Origin: an uncultured Acidobacteriota bacterium
GTDB lineage: Bacteria; Acidobacteriota; JAQAZP01
Direction of reading: 5' to 3'
NCBI GenBank assembly: GCA_963836075.1
Contig: CAWIIB010000009.1
Span: 2,432,001 to 2,496,000, forward strand
Length of the DNA: 64,000 nt
In this document: piece by piece, positions 20,626 to 29,003 of the stretch
How the letters are laid out: the number at the start of each line of letters is the position of its first letter
Numbering within the stretch: the first letter of the stretch is position 1
The notes under the pieces: generated by a model
What the model saw: the letters and a program-made list of their open reading frames with translations, nothing else
Told to the model about the DNA's origin: nothing
The model's database searches: none
Made by a program: the position numbers and the translations under genes

Positions 20626-22386
20626 TCAGGGGGCCGTGGCCGCGATGGTGCAGCTGTCGCTGGCCGCGGCGCCGGCCGGGGGATAGGGCGGCTGGTTGTA
20701 GGGCGCCGGGGTGACATCCATGCCGTGCAGGGTGAAGGTGCTGGTGCCCACCAGGCCGGGAACCGCCGGCAGCGACTGGTTCCAGCCGGTGACATAGCTG
20801 GCCCCGGGATCGATGTTGGTGTAGCCGGCGCGCCAGGAGCCGATGGACCCGCCGCCGGCCAGGTCGATGTTGATCCGCCCGGCGATGCGGCGGGCTAAAG
20901 CGGCCTGGGGGTTGTCCAGACGCACCGAAAAGGCGCTGGTGAAGGGCAGGGTGCCGCTGGCTGGCGTACAGCTGAGCTCCACCACCAGGTCCGATGGCAG
21001 CACGGTGAAACTGTAGAACCCGGCCGGGGCGGTGCGGGGCAGGGTCTCGCTGCGGCCCGAGTTGTCGGCGGCGGCGATGTAGTACTCCACGGTCATACCC
21101 GGCGCCTGGCCCGGGATGTCTGCCGCGTAGGTGTCTGTGTGGCCGGTGGGGGAGAGGGGTTCCCAACTCCAGGCCGGACTGCCGCCCAGGCGCCAGTACA
21201 CCCTCAGCTCGCTGACCACCAGACCGGTCTCGCTGCGGTCGTCGATCATGGCGGTCACCGTGTGGCCGGCGGCCGGGGGCATCTCGGCGTCCAGGCGGCG
21301 GTGGGTGATGCGCAGCATCTGCGGGTCGAAAACCGCACGGGTGCGGCAGTGCAGGGCGTCGTAGTAGTACCAGCTGCCCCAGGGAAAGCCGATTACCTCG
21401 TATCCGGGCATGGCCGCCTGGAAGGTGGCGATGGCCTGGGCGTCGCCGGGGATGTTGAACTGCGGCACCAGCACCTTTTTGTTGAGGATAAGCGAGTTGG
21501 TGTAGGCCGCGATCCGGCTGCCGCTGTAGGTCGGGCAGTCGATGCGCACGATGGTGTAGGGCCGGCCGTAGCAGTTTACCGCCGTGGCCAGCTGGGCCAG
21601 GTTGGCCTCGATCCGGCCGTACTCCTCGTGCCAGACGGGCGGCAGCTTGACCAGCAGGGTCTCCTCGTCCAGCGGTTTCATCCAGCAGTCGATGTGCTGG
21701 ATGCCGTTGTTCTCGGTACTGTCCACAACGTGGTAACTGGTGGTGCCCATCCAGTCGGCGGCCAGGGTGCGGAACTGGGCCTCGGTCCAGAGCTGGTTGT
21801 TTTCGCCCACCATGGCGCAGGTGGAGAACCCGCTGTTGTGGCCATCCACCAGAAAGTTGCCCCCGGTGAGGTAGGCCGGGAAATCGTGCAGCGGGGCGCC
21901 GAAGTACGCCGCCACATCGGTATTCACCCCATCATCGCCAACATACCCGCCGGGCGAACTGATCGGCACGCAGGCGTTGCTCACCCAGGGGTAGCCTTCG
22001 AAGATCGGATCGAGGATGCCCCAGTCGCCGTTGCCGTCGAATACCTGGTGCGGGCCCCAGTCCCGGGGCCAGTGAGAGCCGACGCTGGCCTGGATGTATT
22101 CCACCTGTGCCGGGTCAATGCCCCAGGAGTTGAAGGTGCTGCGGGCCGAGCTTTCGGCGCTACTGCCGTTGACCAGCACGTAGAGCTTGTCGTCCTCGGC
22201 CAGTTCCCTCACCAGGGCCTGGGGGATGCCCAGGGGCCAGCTGATCAGCGTGCCCAGGGCCGGTTCCCATTCGGCGATCACCCGCACCGGGGGTGTGGGT
22301 TGGGCGGCGGCCGGCAGGACGGTCAGCAGCAGGAGGGTGATGGTCAGCAGGGCGGCGGTGGATAGTGTTTTGAGCAGGCGGAACAT
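20626..22386 (-). CDS. Secreted agmatine/peptidylarginine deiminase family protein with Ig-like domain and CTD-A
   Basis: Signal peptide MFRLLKTL...AAA; 'AEWEP', 'WPRDWGP', 'GGN', 'QHID', 'ALHCRT' (catalytic Cys); terminal DVTPAPYNQPP. Confidence 0.9.
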   Translation of the reverse strand: MFRLLKTLSTAALLTITLLLLTVLPAAAQPTPPVRVIAEWEPALGTLISWPLGIPQALVRELAEDDKLYVLVNGSSAESSARSTFNSWGIDPAQVEYIQASVGSHWPRDWGPHQVFDGNGDWGILDPIFEGYPWVSNACVPISSPGGYVGDDGVNTDVAAYFGAPLHDFPAYLTGGNFLVDGHNSGFSTCAMVGENNQLWTEAQFRTLAADWMGTTSYHVVDSTENNGIQHIDCWMKPLDEETLLVKLPPVWHEEYGRIEANLAQLATAVNCYGRPYTIVRIDCPTYSGSRIAAYTNSLILNKKVLVPQFNIPGDAQAIATFQAAMPGYEVIGFPWGSWYYYDALHCRTRAVFDPQMLRITHRRLDAEMPPAAGHTVTAMIDDRSETGLVVSELRVYWRLGGSPAWSWEPLSPTGHTDTYAADIPGQAPGMTVEYYIAAADNSGRSETLPRTAPAGFYSFTVLPSDLVVELSCTPASGTLPFTSAFSVRLDNPQAALARRIAGRINIDLAGGGSIGSWRAGYTNIDPGASYVTGWNQSLPAVPGLVGTSTFTLHGMDVTPAPYNQPPYPPAGAAASDSCTIAATAP

Positions 22387-22484
22387 CTGGCCCTCCAGTG
22401 TAATAGTGGGAACCGGTTCGGTGCAGATCCGGCAGGCGGTCTTCCAGAAATATACGGTCTGGCAGGCCATAGTGCAACACAGTG

Positions 22485-22570
22485 ATAAATGTAAATTATG
22501 TAAAGTATCAATTATTCAATGTAAAACATAAAATAATCATTGTTTTGCATAAAACATTTTCACTATACTA
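22485..22570. promoter_or_regulatory. AT-rich divergent promoter/operator region
   Basis: ATGTAAA x3 (22489, 22498, 22519), inverted TTTGCATAA (22544), TATACT -10-like at 22564. Confidence 0.5.
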
Positions 22571-22622
22571 TCCGTATATAAACTTGAACGCATGATGTGG
22601 AACCTGAGACAGGAGAACGGCG

Positions 22623-22835
22623 ATGGCCATCGAGGTAAGACTGGACATGATGCTGGTCAAGCGAAAGATGTCGCTCACCGAGCTGTCGGAAAGGATCGGC
22701 ATCTCGGTGACCAACCTCTCCCTGCTCAAGACCGGCAAGGTCAAAGGGATCCGCTTCGGCACCCTGGACTCGATCTGCCGGGAGCTGGAATGCACGCCCG
22801 GTGACGTGCTGGAACATATCCCCGATTACGTGTGA
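22623..22835 (+). CDS. Cro/C1-type HTH transcriptional regulator (YozG-like)
   Basis: MAIEVRLDMMLVKRKMSLTELSERIGISVTNLSLLKTGKVKGIRFGTLDSICRELECTPGD. Confidence 0.92.
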   Translation: MAIEVRLDMMLVKRKMSLTELSERIGISVTNLSLLKTGKVKGIRFGTLDSICRELECTPGDVLEHIPDYV

Positions 22836-23509
22836 GGGGGTTGGTGGAGGTCAGGACGATGAATAGAATAGATGGAATGGTGATGGAGGGCCGGCCGATG
22901 AACAGGACCGAAGACAACCCCTACATGATGGCCGGCTGGCTGGCCATCGCTTCGGCGGCACTGCTCCTGCCGGCCATGGTGCTCAGCATTTTCATCGACA
23001 TCATTTTTCAAAAGAGCCACACGCTGCCGGTGGGGCTGGCCATGGTCTACTTTCTTGCTGCCGTGGCCCAGGCGCTCTGCTCGCTCTACGCGCTCTACCG
23101 CTTCCGCGACTACATCAACGAGCACTTCGATTTCCACGAGACCGACGGCCTGATCACCTGTATCCTCATCGGCGCCATGGCCGTCACATCGGTGGCCCTG
23201 GTGGGCAAGGTGGTGGCCTGGTCCGGGGCGGGACTGCCGGTGGTGATCGCCTTTCTGGGGATGCTGCTGCTGGTGGGCATCCCGCTGAGCATCGTCTCGA
23301 TCATCTTCGCCATAAAGCTGCTGCAGCTGCCCTCGGACCTGGGCGGTCTGCTCAAGCCGATGATCGTGATCAACATCATCGCCTGTGTCTGCTTTCTGCT
23401 GGTGATTCTCGCTCCCTTCGGCCTGCTGCTGGCCGCGGGTGGTGATCTGCTGCTGGGGCTGATCTTTCTGCGCCAGGCCGGGATCAACGACAAGCCGGAG
23501 TTCATCTGA
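22832..23509 (+). CDS. Hypothetical multi-pass membrane protein
   Basis: About 5-6 hydrophobic segments; overlaps the HTH gene stop; start uncertain (several downstream ATGs). Confidence 0.75.
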   Translation: MRGLVEVRTMNRIDGMVMEGRPMNRTEDNPYMMAGWLAIASAALLLPAMVLSIFIDIIFQKSHTLPVGLAMVYFLAAVAQALCSLYALYRFRDYINEHFDFHETDGLITCILIGAMAVTSVALVGKVVAWSGAGLPVVIAFLGMLLLVGIPLSIVSIIFAIKLLQLPSDLGGLLKPMIVINIIACVCFLLVILAPFGLLLAAGGDLLLGLIFLRQAGINDKPEFI

Positions 23510-23541
23510 CATGGCTCGAGGGCAAGGTGCAGGCCGAGGTC

Positions 23542-25914
23542 CTACCCTTCCTTGGCGAATTTGCGGGCCAGGTCACTGTCGATGGCGTAGATGCAGACCT
23601 CCCTGGCGCTCTGGTCGGTGTAGCGGTATTTCTCGACCAGGTTGGTGATCAGGAAGGTGACGTCCTCGCGAATCCGCTTGTCGTAGGTTTTGAAGTCGTC
23701 GGTGTGGAAGTCCTTGATCGCCCGGCGGAAATTCTCGTTCTCCAGGAATGGATCGAGGACCTTCTCCTTGAGGTTGTAGACATAGCGCCCGTGGAGGTCC
23801 TTGTAGAGTTTGGTCCGGGTGAGCGGTTTGCCCTCCACCATCACTTCCTGGGTCAGGGTGCGCTGGGTGTATTCACTCTGTGTCTCCTGGCGGAAGGCGG
23901 TGCGCCGCTCGGCGTTCGCCCCGGGGCCGAGGAGTTTGCCCTCCATCCCCTCGAAATACTTCTCGGTGATCTCGATCCGCTCGCCGGTGAAATTCGAGCG
24001 CTCGGTGGTATCCGGCTCGAAGTTCACCGCGAAGATGTAGTTCTGGATATCGCGGGTGATCTGGTCCTCATTGTAGTAGTAGAGCGACTCCTTGACCTCC
24101 TGCAGGATGTTGTAGTCATACATCCGGGTCAGGCAGTCGATGAACCCCTCGGGTATTTCCTCGCTCAGGTTTTTGCGCACCCGGGTGAAGTAGTCGGTCA
24201 GCGTGGACATGTTGATCAGCTTCTCGTCCTTGCAATAGCGGGAATAGAACTGGTTGAAGATGGTGATCGAGTCTCTCCCCGAAAAACCTTTGTGACCCTC
24301 CTTTTCGCCTTCGGCGATCAGTTTGCGCCGGATACCGGCGGTAAACCTCTTCCGGTCGTCGCCGGAAAGCCAGAGCGGGATGTGCCCGGCAAAGATCTGC
24401 ATCTTGAGCAGCAGCATGTTCGAGTCGCAGTAGCGCTGGTATTTCGAAGGGTCGCCGATCCACTCCTTCATGGCTTCCGACTCGGTGTTCATTCGTGAGG
24501 AGAGGATCACCCTGGCGAAATTGTCCAGCACCCGGGGGAGGAAGTTCTCCTCGATGTGCCGGCCGAAGATGGTGCGGTAGATTTCCACTTCGGTGGTTAC
24601 GTCGAGCACGTAGGGGATCTTCAGGTATTCCACGCGGTCGGTGAAGGAGGGGATGTCCTGGATGTTGCTGGTGTCCTCGGGGTTCATCACCGCCAGGAAG
24701 AGGGAGTCCACGTTTTCCTCGATATGCCCCACCTTGTGCACCCCCTCGCTGATCATGTTGTGCAGGCGGATCAATCGCTCCACGTTGTGCGACTTGATGT
24801 CCATCAGGGCGAAGATGCCGTTGTTGGTCTTGGCGAATTCGGAGAAGATGTACTGCACCAGGTTGCTGTCCTGCAGGGTGGCGTTGATCCGCTGCTGCAG
24901 CATCTCGTTGGTCAAAATCTCCCTGCGCATCGACTTGTCGCCGGGATTGTAGACGCTGATCCCCTCTCCCTGCCGGCGGTTGATGTGGTAGGGCCGGGCG
25001 TAAATCAGCTTGAATACCTTCAGCGGGCTGCGCAGCCGGGCCAGCAGGGCGCGGTAGAGCGTGCTGCAGATGGTGCAGGGCTTGTCGGTGAACACCCAGT
25101 CGTATTCCTTCTCGGTGAACAACCGCCACTTGAACTGGTCGTTCTGAAACAGGTCATCAAAGAAGTTGCGCCGCTGCTCCCGGGGAATGACCAGAATCGG
25201 GTTGTCGTGGCTGGGGCAGGGGATGTCGATGTACTCTTCGGTGAACTCGGCCGGGGGTTCGGCTTCGGCGCCGTTGTCCGGGGCTTCCCGGTCGTCCCGC
25301 TCCAGCGGGATGGTCCTGGCGAAGGGGGGCAGCACGGCCGCCGCCGGGGGCAGGCCCAGCACCTTGCGGTCCAGCCGCCAGACGGTCTCGTAGCGCATCC
25401 CCTCCTCGGTATTGGCGTACTCCTCGAATTTGCGCAGCAGGTTGTTGAGAAAGGTGCTCTTGCCGCAGCCGTGAGGCCCCTCGAAGATGTAGATCTTGTT
25501 CTGCTGGGCTCCGGCCCGCAGGGCCTCCACCCGGTTGATCAGCCGGTTGGCGAAAAGGCGGTCGGCGAAGAACGGGTTATCGGCCCCGGTGACGAAGAGG
25601 TCGGTGAAGTCCCAGGGCATGAAGTTGATCGACTCCGGGTCGTCGGGATACTCGTCCTCGCCGCGCTGGACATAGGTCATCACCATGTCGTGGAAAGTCT
25701 GGAACACGTTGCGGATCACCCGTGACGGCTGGTCGGCCAGAATGCGCAGGAAGTCGTCGAACGGCACCGGCGCCTGGCAGTCGCTCTCGCGGGGCGGGAC
25801 ATCCAGGCCCTCCATGGCGCTCTGAATGTTCTGCTCCTCCAGCTTGATGTTCATCCGTTCGATGCTGCTGCGCTTTTTCTTTTTCATCGGTTCGGTCCGA
25901 TCCTTCCTGCTCAC
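23542..25914 (-). CDS. PrkA-family AAA+ serine protein kinase, second divergent copy
   Basis: Walker A GPHGCGKST, 'CPSHDNP', 'GFSGR'; last gene of the prkA/DUF444/spoVR operon. Confidence 0.85.
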   Translation of the reverse strand: MSRKDRTEPMKKKKRSSIERMNIKLEEQNIQSAMEGLDVPPRESDCQAPVPFDDFLRILADQPSRVIRNVFQTFHDMVMTYVQRGEDEYPDDPESINFMPWDFTDLFVTGADNPFFADRLFANRLINRVEALRAGAQQNKIYIFEGPHGCGKSTFLNNLLRKFEEYANTEEGMRYETVWRLDRKVLGLPPAAAVLPPFARTIPLERDDREAPDNGAEAEPPAEFTEEYIDIPCPSHDNPILVIPREQRRNFFDDLFQNDQFKWRLFTEKEYDWVFTDKPCTICSTLYRALLARLRSPLKVFKLIYARPYHINRRQGEGISVYNPGDKSMRREILTNEMLQQRINATLQDSNLVQYIFSEFAKTNNGIFALMDIKSHNVERLIRLHNMISEGVHKVGHIEENVDSLFLAVMNPEDTSNIQDIPSFTDRVEYLKIPYVLDVTTEVEIYRTIFGRHIEENFLPRVLDNFARVILSSRMNTESEAMKEWIGDPSKYQRYCDSNMLLLKMQIFAGHIPLWLSGDDRKRFTAGIRRKLIAEGEKEGHKGFSGRDSITIFNQFYSRYCKDEKLINMSTLTDYFTRVRKNLSEEIPEGFIDCLTRMYDYNILQEVKESLYYYNEDQITRDIQNYIFAVNFEPDTTERSNFTGERIEITEKYFEGMEGKLLGPGANAERRTAFRQETQSEYTQRTLTQEVMVEGKPLTRTKLYKDLHGRYVYNLKEKVLDPFLENENFRRAIKDFHTDDFKTYDKRIREDVTFLITNLVEKYRYTDQSAREVCIYAIDSDLARKFAKEG

Positions 25915-27572
25915 AGCTCCGACCTGGTCAGTTTCCGGTTCTGCATCGTGTAGAGCACCCTCTGCCAGCGGACCTCCGGTTCGTCCTCTTCCTCCCGGGC
26001 CAGCCGCGACAGGCCGGGGAACATCACCTGGGCCTGGCGGCTGGAGGGGTCGGCTTGCACTTCCGCTTCACTGGTCTCCAGCTTCACCGGCCCGCCCCAG
26101 AGATACTCGATCCCCAGCAGGGTGTTGGCGATGAAATCCCGCACCAGCGGTTTTCCCTCGTGGACATGGTTGAGGTAGAGCGTCTTGCCGGTGCACTTGT
26201 CTTGCTCGATGAGGATGTGCGGTGGGTGGTAGAGGGAATCGTTGAGCATTCGGCGGTACTCGCCGGCATCGCGGCTCTTGACGTAGTACTGCCAGACCAT
26301 CCGTTGCCGGTCGAGGCGGCGGCCGGCGACGAAGAGCCGGTTGCGGTCGACGAACTCCTGGTCGACGAAGTTGTGGATCAGCAGGAAGTCGCTGAGGTTC
26401 TCCCGCAGGGCGAAGATGGTCTCCCTCCCGTTGCCCCGGCCGTTGTCGAACCGCTCCCGCTCCCCGGCGTCGAGCAGCCGGCGGTACTCCAGGGAGAGCT
26501 TTCCCCGGTCGGCCTGCTCCTCGATGTACTGGAACAGCTTCATTCCCAGGGCGTAGGGGTTGAGCCCCACCCGCGGCATGGTCACCACCCCGGCGTTGAC
26601 CCGGGCGAAATCCACCTCGTGGCCCCGGATCCGGTCGTCCTGGAGGAAGAGCGTCTCGTGCCAGTAGCTGGCCCAGCCCTCGTTCAATATCTTGGTCCGG
26701 ATCTGCGGCTGGAAGAAGAGCGATGTCTTGCGCACGATCTCCACCACGCCCTTCATCCACTTGTTTTTGCCGTCGCCCAGGAACTCGCTGTGCTCGAGGA
26801 TGAACTGCATCAGGTCCAGCCCGCGCCGGGGCTTGCGCTCCCGGTATGCGCGGAACATCGCCTCGAACTCGGGGTGGCGCTTGCGGACCTCGGCGAAGAA
26901 GCCTCTACCGGCCTTTCTTCCCCCCTCGGCCAGCCACTGGTTGTAGCGCTCCATCTCCTTGACGTATTCGGAGGTCCGTACCTTTTTCTCTTCCTGAAGG
27001 AAGACGTCGAAATAGTAGTCGAGCATCGCCGAGCCGGCGGGCGCCGGCGGCCGGAAACTGCGGGACAGCTCCTCGTGGAATCCGGCCAGGTTGTCGATGC
27101 CCCGGGCAAACTCGACGATGTAGTCCACCCAGCGCCCCTTCAGCGCCCGCAGCCTGGCGATTTCCCTTTTATCCGAGAGGGCCAGCCCGGTGAAGTCGTA
27201 GTCGCGGGTGTTGCGGAAGTAGAGGTTGTTCTGAAAGAAGTCGATGTGGGCCAGAACGTGGTAGAAGATCATCACGTTCAGCCAGTCCGGGTTGTTGTCG
27301 TTGTAGAAAGAGATCGGCGGCCGGGTATTGATCACCGTCTCGTAGGGGTTGCTGGGGTAGAGCTCGTAGCGCCCCTTTTCCCTCAGCACCTCCACGTCGT
27401 GAACCCAGTAGTCGTAGAGGGTGGGGATCATCAGCTTCGGCGTCAGCTCCAGCATGTCCCGGTTGGTGACCACGTACTCCAGTGTTTCGTCCTGGAAGCG
27501 GAGCCCTGCCTCTCGCGCACGTTCCTTGCACCCCTCCATGATGCCCTTGGTGTGCTGGTCGATCAGTTCCAT
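25911..27572 (-). CDS. spoVR: SpoVR family protein
   Basis: 'YETVINTRP', 'HVLAHIDFFQNN', 'PQIRTKILNEGWASYWH', 'NPYALG'. Confidence 0.92.
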   Translation of the reverse strand: MELIDQHTKGIMEGCKERAREAGLRFQDETLEYVVTNRDMLELTPKLMIPTLYDYWVHDVEVLREKGRYELYPSNPYETVINTRPPISFYNDNNPDWLNVMIFYHVLAHIDFFQNNLYFRNTRDYDFTGLALSDKREIARLRALKGRWVDYIVEFARGIDNLAGFHEELSRSFRPPAPAGSAMLDYYFDVFLQEEKKVRTSEYVKEMERYNQWLAEGGRKAGRGFFAEVRKRHPEFEAMFRAYRERKPRRGLDLMQFILEHSEFLGDGKNKWMKGVVEIVRKTSLFFQPQIRTKILNEGWASYWHETLFLQDDRIRGHEVDFARVNAGVVTMPRVGLNPYALGMKLFQYIEEQADRGKLSLEYRRLLDAGERERFDNGRGNGRETIFALRENLSDFLLIHNFVDQEFVDRNRLFVAGRRLDRQRMVWQYYVKSRDAGEYRRMLNDSLYHPPHILIEQDKCTGKTLYLNHVHEGKPLVRDFIANTLLGIEYLWGGPVKLETSEAEVQADPSSRQAQVMFPGLSRLAREEEDEPEVRWQRVLYTMQNRKLTRSEL

Positions 27573-27598
27573 GGCCGGTACCCCTCGGGTTTCCCGCT

Positions 27599-28978
27599 TC
27601 AGGAGATGAGCCGCCGAATGCCCTCGATCAACCTCGGCTCTTCGGCGCTCTCACCCATGGTATCCACCCTCAGCAGGTCCGGTTTCTGTTCGGTGAGCCC
27701 TGACTTGAGGAGATACTTCTCCACTTCGCTCTTCTTCTCCGCTCCTTCCTCGCGCTGGACGATGGTCACCCCCACCCGGTTGGCGTAGGTCAGCATCTTC
27801 TCGATTTCGGGAAGCGCCTCCTGGCCCTCGCCGTCCCAGTCCTCGCCGTCAGTGCCGTGGAAGACGTAGATGTTGTAATCCCGGGCCAGATTTTCCCTCT
27901 CCACCATTTCGTTGACCAGGCGGAAGGCCGAGGCCACCCGGGTTCCGCCGGCCACCCGCGAGTTGTAATAGGTGTGGAAATCATCCACCTCGGTGGCCTC
28001 GGTGTCGTGGAGGATGAACCGCGACTCCACCTGCCGGGCATACTGGTAGAGCAGCCAGCTGTATATCAGCACGTGCTGGGTGACCACCAGTTCGGTGCGC
28101 TTGCCCATCATCGAACCCGAGTAGTCGCGCATGAAGAAGACCATCGCCTGGGACTCGTAGTCCATCTCCCGGGAGAGGATGCGGTAGATCTTGTCGCTGG
28201 GGGCCACCAGGAATCCGGTGGGGTCGATATTGGAGACGTCGGGGATTCGCCCCAGGGCGATGTTGGTCTCCACGATCTCGCGCAGGGTGGCCTTCTTGTC
28301 AAGGATCTGGCCGAAGCCGCGGTGCCTGTCGGTCAGGTCGTAGGTGTAGCGGGTCAGGCTGCGTTTCTTCCCCTTGTCCTTGAGGTTGGGCAGCTCGAAT
28401 TTTTCGGTGAGGATTCGGCCCAGGTCGTAGGCGCTGGACTCCATTTCGTGGGGGCCGCCCTCGCCCTGGCCCGGGCCGGCGCCGCCGGGGGCCTCGCGCA
28501 CCGGCTGTTCGCCGATCACGTCGCCTTCCTCGCCCTCGCCGGACCCGCCGGAGGGCGACTCCTCCTGCCGGGCGGTGACGCGGTCGTGGATCAGCTTCTC
28601 CTCCACCGTGGTGGGAACCACCACCACGTTCTCCCGGCCCCCCTTGCCTGGTTTGACCAGCCGGCCGACGCGGATTTTTTTCGGGAAGCCGTCCTGCTCC
28701 CGCAGCTGGTCCCGCTCCAGCAGATCCTCCAGCGAGCGGAGGCAGGTGTCGGCCGAGGCCTGTGGTGAAGGGAAGTCCTGCAGCAGGGCCGGGTCGTGGT
28801 AGTGGTAGACCGTTTTGTCCGGGCTGATGCCGGCGGGATTTTTGCCGGGTGGGTCGGGGGCGGGGAGCGGGTGGTGGGTGCCCTTGTCCTCCAGCTCCCG
28901 ACGGATCCGGGCCTCGGCCTCCGGGCTCAGCCCGCGGGCCCGCAGCTCCTCGAAATAGGCGTGCCGCCGGTCGCTCAT
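27599..28978 (-). CDS. DUF444 (YeaH/YhbH) family vWA-domain protein
   Basis: Gly-rich 'GEGEEGDVIG', MIDAS-like 'RDYSGSM', 'GGTRVASA', 'YNIYVFHGTDGE'. Confidence 0.9.
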   Translation of the reverse strand: MSDRRHAYFEELRARGLSPEAEARIRRELEDKGTHHPLPAPDPPGKNPAGISPDKTVYHYHDPALLQDFPSPQASADTCLRSLEDLLERDQLREQDGFPKKIRVGRLVKPGKGGRENVVVVPTTVEEKLIHDRVTARQEESPSGGSGEGEEGDVIGEQPVREAPGGAGPGQGEGGPHEMESSAYDLGRILTEKFELPNLKDKGKKRSLTRYTYDLTDRHRGFGQILDKKATLREIVETNIALGRIPDVSNIDPTGFLVAPSDKIYRILSREMDYESQAMVFFMRDYSGSMMGKRTELVVTQHVLIYSWLLYQYARQVESRFILHDTEATEVDDFHTYYNSRVAGGTRVASAFRLVNEMVERENLARDYNIYVFHGTDGEDWDGEGQEALPEIEKMLTYANRVGVTIVQREEGAEKKSEVEKYLLKSGLTEQKPDLLRVDTMGESAEEPRLIEGIRRLIS

Positions 28979-29003
28979 CGGTCGGCTCCCGTTGTTCCCC
29001 GGA

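Noticed and set aside
22557-22568. 12-bp match (ttttcactatac) to the IS ori end
   Set aside because: No other IS sequence nearby; adequately explained as an AT-rich -10 region
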